Below, in pieces: positions 26,526 to 32,000 of a stretch of 32,000 nt of DNA. Both the position numbers and the translations under genes were made by a program. Every line of letters starts with the position of its first letter. The stretch's first letter is position 1. The DNA is from Moraxella nasicaprae (GTDB taxonomy: Bacteria > Pseudomonadota > Gammaproteobacteria > Pseudomonadales > Moraxellaceae). The DNA is taken from contig NZ_CP089977.1 of assembly GCF_025643275.1 (NCBI RefSeq), forward strand, positions 1,800,001 through 1,832,000, read 5' to 3'. The notes beneath the pieces are model-generated. The model worked only from the letters and a program-made list of their open reading frames with translations, did no database searches and was not told the origin of the DNA.

Positions 26526-27494
26526 ATGAACCCCCAAGAAATCCTACAAGCCATCAGTTTTGCTTTTATGATTGTTTTTCCAAACCTAGCCTTGATGGGG
26601 CTGGGTTTTTTTATGAAAAATAAATCGCTCATTGATGATAATTTTGTCGATATTGCCTCCAAGCTGGTGTTTAATTTTGGATTGCCTTGTTTACTATTTT
26701 TTAGTGTTATTAAAAGTGATGTGGATTATCAGGCACAACTGCCTTTGTTATCCGCAGGTATTTTGACGACTTTTTTGTTGTTTTTTGGGGCGGAGCTGTA
26801 CGCCAAATTTTTTGTACCAAAATTGCCAGATAAAGGCGTATTTGTGCAAGGGGTGTTTCGTTCAAATATGGCAATCATCTCGCTTTCGGTGGTTGGCAAT
26901 GCCTATGGCGATGTCGGTACAGGTGTCGGTGCGGTCTATATGGGCATCTTGACCATTTTGTACAATATTTTGTCTGTCATTACATTGTCTCGCACGCAAG
27001 TTACCCAAGGTTTTATCAAGCAAGGCCTTGATATTACCAAGAAGATTTTTCAAAATCCCTTAATTATCGCTCTGGTGTCGGCTTTCATTTACAAAGCGGT
27101 TGGGCTATCATTACCACCCAAACCCATCACCAGAACAGGAGAGCTGCTTGCCAGTATTGCATTGCCACTTGCCTTGATTTGTGCAGGGGCAACGCTTGAT
27201 ATTCGTTCGATGTTTAGATTGTCTGGTGTATCGATGCAGGCAAGTCTTGGGCGTGTGCTGGTTGCCCCTTTGTTGGCGGTGGTCATGGGGGTGTTATTTG
27301 CATTGCCAGCCGTGCAGTTTGGAGTATTGTTTGTGATGGTGGCAAGCCCTGCGGCAGCAGCAAGCTATGTCATGGCAAAGGCGATGGGTGGTAACGATGT
27401 GCTGGCGGCAAATATCTTGGCATTGACGACGGTGGTCAGCATGATTGGCATGGCAATCGGCATGGCGTGGCTAAGAATGTTGGGATTGGTTTAA
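26526..27494 (+). CDS. AEC (auxin efflux carrier)-family membrane transporter
   Basis: I trimmed ORF 26448..27494 to the ATG at 26526 (MNPQEILQAISFAFMIVFPN...), giving 322 aa with about 10 hydrophobic spans in the two-half AEC layout. Confidence 0.85.
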   Translation: MNPQEILQAISFAFMIVFPNLALMGLGFFMKNKSLIDDNFVDIASKLVFNFGLPCLLFFSVIKSDVDYQAQLPLLSAGILTTFLLFFGAELYAKFFVPKLPDKGVFVQGVFRSNMAIISLSVVGNAYGDVGTGVGAVYMGILTILYNILSVITLSRTQVTQGFIKQGLDITKKIFQNPLIIALVSAFIYKAVGLSLPPKPITRTGELLASIALPLALICAGATLDIRSMFRLSGVSMQASLGRVLVAPLLAVVMGVLFALPAVQFGVLFVMVASPAAAASYVMAKAMGGNDVLAANILALTTVVSMIGMAIGMAWLRMLGLV

Positions 27495-27744
27495 TCGTTG
27501 GTGTGGTGCAAAATTGCCAAAAAATTTGCCAAAATTGACAACTTTTTGAAAAAATTAAGAAAATTTTTGCAAAATTGTCTTACAATGATGATTTTGTGTG
27601 GTACACTAGCCAAGTAAAAACGGTCGTAAAATATTGGGCAGTTTATTTAATTTTATTAAATTTATTATAAATAATAATTGATAAAATATTCCTAGCGATT
27701 GCCCATTGTTGCGTCAGATAAAAAAGACTAATCAAGAGGTTGAT

Positions 27745-28980
27745 GTGTTGTCACAAATTACCAAAACTGATTCGAGCCAGCATTGGTTGTTGCCAGATGG
27801 TGTCGCTGATGTGTTGTTTGTCGATGCCCAAAAACAAGAGGCGTTGCGTGATGCTTTGTTGTTTATTTTGACGGCTCACGGATATCGCTTGGTGTCGCCA
27901 CCGCTGATTGAATACACAGACAGTTTGTTGGGTTATGCTGATGAAGATTTAAAATTACAGACTTTTAAATTCATTGACCAAAAAACAGGCAGATTGATGG
28001 GGCTGCGTGCTGATGTCACGCCACAGATTTTGCGGATTGATGGTCAGCATGGTAAGGGCGTAAACCGTTATTGCTATGTAGAACAAGTGGTCAAAACGCT
28101 ACCACAGGGGTTGTTTGGATTACGCACACCCCTACAATTAGGTGCAGAGATTTTTGGTGTGCAGGGCATTGAGGCGGAGTTATCATTGCTTGATGTGCTG
28201 ACAGCACTGCTTGATGAGATTGGTTTGCCAGTGCAGGATTTACACCTTGATATTGGTCATGTGGCGATTTTTGACCGACTGTGTCAGCTACATCAGATTG
28301 ATTCGCAGACGGCTGGCGAGTTGATGGCGATTTATCACAAAAAAGCCATGCCAGAGCTATCAGTACTGTGCCAGACACTCAAACCAATGGCAAAAGAGGA
28401 TTTTTTGTTATTGGCAGGACTTGATTGGTGCGGTGATGGCGTGCCAACCTGTGATGATTTTTTGGGTCAGCTTTCTGAGCAGAGTCGGCAAGACCTTCAA
28501 ATCATGACTGCCATCGATGAAGTGATTCGTTTGGCGGCACACGCTCGTTCACTTGGTTTACAGGTGGGTATTGATATTACCGAATTATCAGGCTACCATT
28601 ATCACACAGGCATTGTGTTTAATGGCTATTTGGGTGTGGGGCAGTCGTCACAAGCTTTGGTGCGTGGTGGTCGTTTTGTGGGTGTTAGCAAACAGCAACA
28701 AGCACGCAATGCCACAGGATTTAGCATGGATTTAAATCGCTTGCTTGCTTTTGTTGAGCTGCAAGAGGATACGGTGATTTGGGTGGATTATGAGCAATTA
28801 CAGACCGCCACTACCGAGCAAAAGGCTGATTTAGCCAAGCAAATCAAGACTTTGCAAGATGAGGGCTGTGTTGTCATTAAGCCAATTTCGCCAGATGATA
28901 GACCTGATGAGATTGACGGTGTATTGGAGATTGACGATAATCAAACTTGGGCGGTGCGTCTGGTTGGCGATGATTGTTAA
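27745..28980 (+). CDS. hisZ: ATP phosphoribosyltransferase regulatory subunit HisZ
   Basis: WLLPDGVADVLFVDAQKQEALRDALLFILTAHGYRLVSPPLIEYTDSLL is the HisZ N-terminal signature (a HisRS paralogue). The start is probably the GTG at 27745 after AAGAGG; the ORF-track TTG at 27706 is also possible. It lies directly upstream of purA, as in many gammaproteobacteria. Confidence 0.88.
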   Translation: MLSQITKTDSSQHWLLPDGVADVLFVDAQKQEALRDALLFILTAHGYRLVSPPLIEYTDSLLGYADEDLKLQTFKFIDQKTGRLMGLRADVTPQILRIDGQHGKGVNRYCYVEQVVKTLPQGLFGLRTPLQLGAEIFGVQGIEAELSLLDVLTALLDEIGLPVQDLHLDIGHVAIFDRLCQLHQIDSQTAGELMAIYHKKAMPELSVLCQTLKPMAKEDFLLLAGLDWCGDGVPTCDDFLGQLSEQSRQDLQIMTAIDEVIRLAAHARSLGLQVGIDITELSGYHYHTGIVFNGYLGVGQSSQALVRGGRFVGVSKQQQARNATGFSMDLNRLLAFVELQEDTVIWVDYEQLQTATTEQKADLAKQIKTLQDEGCVVIKPISPDDRPDEIDGVLEIDDNQTWAVRLVGDDC

Positions 28981-29011
28981 TTTGATGTTTTTAGTTATTA
29001 TTTTTTTGTGA

Positions 29012-30310
<1,299 letters not shown>

Positions 30311-30322
30311 TCGCCCATAATA

Positions 30323-30351
30323 AAAAACCCAGTCTGATTGATTGGGTTTTT
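30323..30351. terminator. Bidirectional intrinsic terminator between purA and the cyclo-ligase gene
   Basis: AAAAACCCA (30323-30331) pairs with TGGGTTTTT (30343-30351) around an 11-nt loop. More T residues follow. Confidence 0.75.
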
Positions 30352-30361
30352 TTATCATGTG

Positions 30362-30943
30362 TTAGTTTAATCGAATAAAGCGACAATCGCTGATGATGAT
30401 GTCCATGGTTTCGTCCCATGCTTGTTTGGGTAGTTGGTCGATGATTTGAAAATCATAACACCAGCCAATCGCCAGCGGCTTAGGCCTAACACTTAATGTC
30501 CTGTCATAAAAACCGCCACCCATGCCCAGTCGTACACCTTGCTTATCCACAGCTACTAATGGACAAATGATGGCATCAAGTCTGCATGCTGTGATGATGG
30601 GTTTGGTTATAGGTTCAAGCATGCCCAACTGATGTCGTTTGGTTGGTGTCTGTGCCAATGTTTTTGTTAAGGGGGCAAAGGTTAAGGGCTGACCTGTCTT
30701 AGTGATGGGCAGGTAGGCTTGATGTCCATACCGCTGGCAAAATTTCATCAAAACATCGGTTGGTAATTCGCCAAAATCATCAAGATATAGCCCAATGTTG
30801 GCATTTTTTGGTAATAAATCGTGCAGTTTTGGCAAAAAACGACTGGCCAAAAAAGTCGCCCTATGTCGTTGTTGTGAGCTTAGCTGTCGTCTTTGTTTGC
30901 GAAAAAATTGGCGAGACAGTGGATTTTGTGGCATATTCATCAA
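30362..30943 (-). CDS. 5-formyltetrahydrofolate cyclo-ligase (MTHFS, YgfA family)
   Basis: 193 aa. It has R-x-x-R-R-x-L near the N-terminus and the GMGGGFYDRTL motif near the C-terminus. Confidence 0.88.
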   Translation of the reverse strand: MMNMPQNPLSRQFFRKQRRQLSSQQRHRATFLASRFLPKLHDLLPKNANIGLYLDDFGELPTDVLMKFCQRYGHQAYLPITKTGQPLTFAPLTKTLAQTPTKRHQLGMLEPITKPIITACRLDAIICPLVAVDKQGVRLGMGGGFYDRTLSVRPKPLAIGWCYDFQIIDQLPKQAWDETMDIIISDCRFIRLN

Positions 30944-30965
30944 AAGATTTCATGATTATTTTAAT

Positions 30966-30980
30966 TGATAACTATTATTG
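30966..30980. promoter_or_regulatory. Fur-box-like element upstream of fumC
   Basis: TGATAACTATTATTG matches 11 of the 14 defined positions of the 7-1-7 Fur consensus TGATAATnATTATCA. Further GATAA/ATTAT hexamer-like units flank it. Confidence 0.3.
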
Positions 30981-30981
30981 T

Positions 30982-31010
30982 TTGATAAATACTTGCGTTA
31001 ATGGTATGCT
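30982..31010 (+). promoter_or_regulatory. Candidate sigma70 promoter of fumC
   Basis: TTGATA (30982-30987), a 17-nt spacer, then TATGCT (31005-31010). It lies about 60 nt upstream of the ATG. Confidence 0.4.
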
Positions 31011-31072
31011 AATCAAACAAAGTTTGCTATACAAGACTTTGTTATTTTAACAAATTTTTTAGGAAAAAGAAG

Positions 31073-32000
31073 ATGACATTTCGTATTGAAAAAGACACAA
31101 TGGGCGAAGTACAAGTGCCTGCTGATGCTTACTATGGAGCTCAAACACAGCGTAGCCGTGATAATTTTAAAATTGGTGGCGAGACTTTGCCACGCCCGTT
31201 GATTGAGGCGATGGCATTGGTCAAAAAGGCGGCGGCCATGACCAATGCTGGACTTGGGCGTATCCAAGATGAGCAAAAGCAGCTGATTGTGGCAGCGGCT
31301 GATGAGATTTTGGCAGGTCAATTTGCCGACCAATTTCCTTTGGTTGTATGGCAAACAGGCTCTGGCACACAGTCGAACATGAACATGAATGAAGTGATTG
31401 CTAATCGAGCCAATGAGCTGGCAGGCAAGCCCAAAGGCAGTTATCAGCCTGTACACCCGAACGACCATGTCAATCACGCCCAATCCACCAATGACAGTTT
31501 TCCGACAGCCATTCGAGTGGCGGCAGCTGTGCAAATTAACACCCATCTGATTCCAGCCATCAAGGCATTAAAAGACACTTTGGCGGATAAGTCTGCCCAA
31601 TTTGCCAATATTGTCAAGATTGGTCGAACTCATCTGCAAGATGCCACGCCTTTGACATTGGGGCAAGAGTTTAGTGGCTATGTATCACAATTAGAGCATG
31701 GCTTGGCACGCATTGAAGATGCACTAACAGGACTTTATGAGCTACCTTTGGGTGGTACGGCTGTTGGCACTGGGCTAAATAGCCACCCAGATTATGCAAT
31801 CAAGGCAGCACAGACGCTGGCGGATTTGACAGGACTGCCATTCATTACTTCGCCAAATAAGTTTGAGGCATTGGCAGCTCGTGATGCCGAAGTGTATGCT
31901 TCTGGGGCATTAAAAACTTTGGCGGTCAGTCTTAATAAAATTGCCAATGATGTTCGTTGGCTATCATCAGGGCCAAGATGTGGTTTGGGCGAGATTAAGA
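31073..32000 (+). CDS. fumC: Class II fumarate hydratase. It is partial: the C-terminus lies beyond the window edge.
   Basis: Hand translation from the ATG at 31073, after AGGAAA, gives [37 protein letters not shown]...[22 protein letters not shown]...HPNDHVN. These are canonical FumC motifs. The frame is open to the window end, which is why it is absent from the ORF track. Confidence 0.95.
   Translation, partial: MTFRIEKDTMGEVQVPADAYYGAQTQRSRDNFKIGGETLPRPLIEAMALVKKAAAMTNAGLGRIQDEQKQLIVAAADEILAGQFADQFPLVVWQTGSGTQSNMNMNEVIANRANELAGKPKGSYQPVHPNDHVNHAQSTNDSFPTAIRVAAAVQINTHLIPAIKALKDTLADKSAQFANIVKIGRTHLQDATPLTLGQEFSGYVSQLEHGLARIEDALTGLYELPLGGTAVGTGLNSHPDYAIKAAQTLADLTGLPFITSPNKFEALAARDAEVYASGALKTLAVSLNKIANDVRWLSSGPRCGLGEIK

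Noticed and set aside
30944-31072. 6S RNA (ssrS), which precedes the 5-formyltetrahydrofolate cyclo-ligase gene in E. coli
   Set aside because: Only 129 bp of very AT-rich DNA lies upstream. That is too short and too unstructured for a ~180-nt 6S RNA.
31013-31546. 177-aa minus-strand ORF
   Set aside because: It is antisense to the unmistakable fumC reading frame. The Cys/His/Arg-rich translation has no motifs.

Overview
This 32-kb window reads as ordinary chromosomal core from an AT-rich gammaproteobacterium. My impression from the protein sequences is Moraxellaceae (Moraxella-like), which I cannot verify here. I support 24 protein-coding genes, two of them cut by the window edges. In order they are: a partial GT4 glycosyltransferase, bcp, an AzgA-type purine permease, a TetR regulator, queC, a MarC-family protein, mnmC, yciI, yciB, lon, a NhaC/YuiF-type transporter, corA, sbcC, sbcD, a YbeD/DUF493 protein, an orphan AAA+ ATPase, rpoD, mnmG, a histidine-phosphatase-family protein, an AEC-family transporter, hisZ, purA, 5-formyltetrahydrofolate cyclo-ligase and a partial fumC. 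I found no tRNA, rRNA, CRISPR array, IS element, integrase or prophage remnant. Most gene ends carry readable hairpin plus T-run terminators. Three sigma32-type heat-shock promoters can be read by eye, upstream of lon, rpoD and the ybeD-like gene. I do not see a convincing multi-gene novel system. The best candidates for follow-up are: (1) the orphan AAA+ ATPase with an unassignable N-terminal domain at 19944-21098, next to the DUF493 gene; (2) about 490 bp of unexplained DNA between rpoD and mnmG; (3) a low-GC, rare-codon islet encoding a variant histidine phosphatase; (4) a CorA with a polyacidic N-terminal extension. All family assignments come from motif recognition by eye, with no database search.
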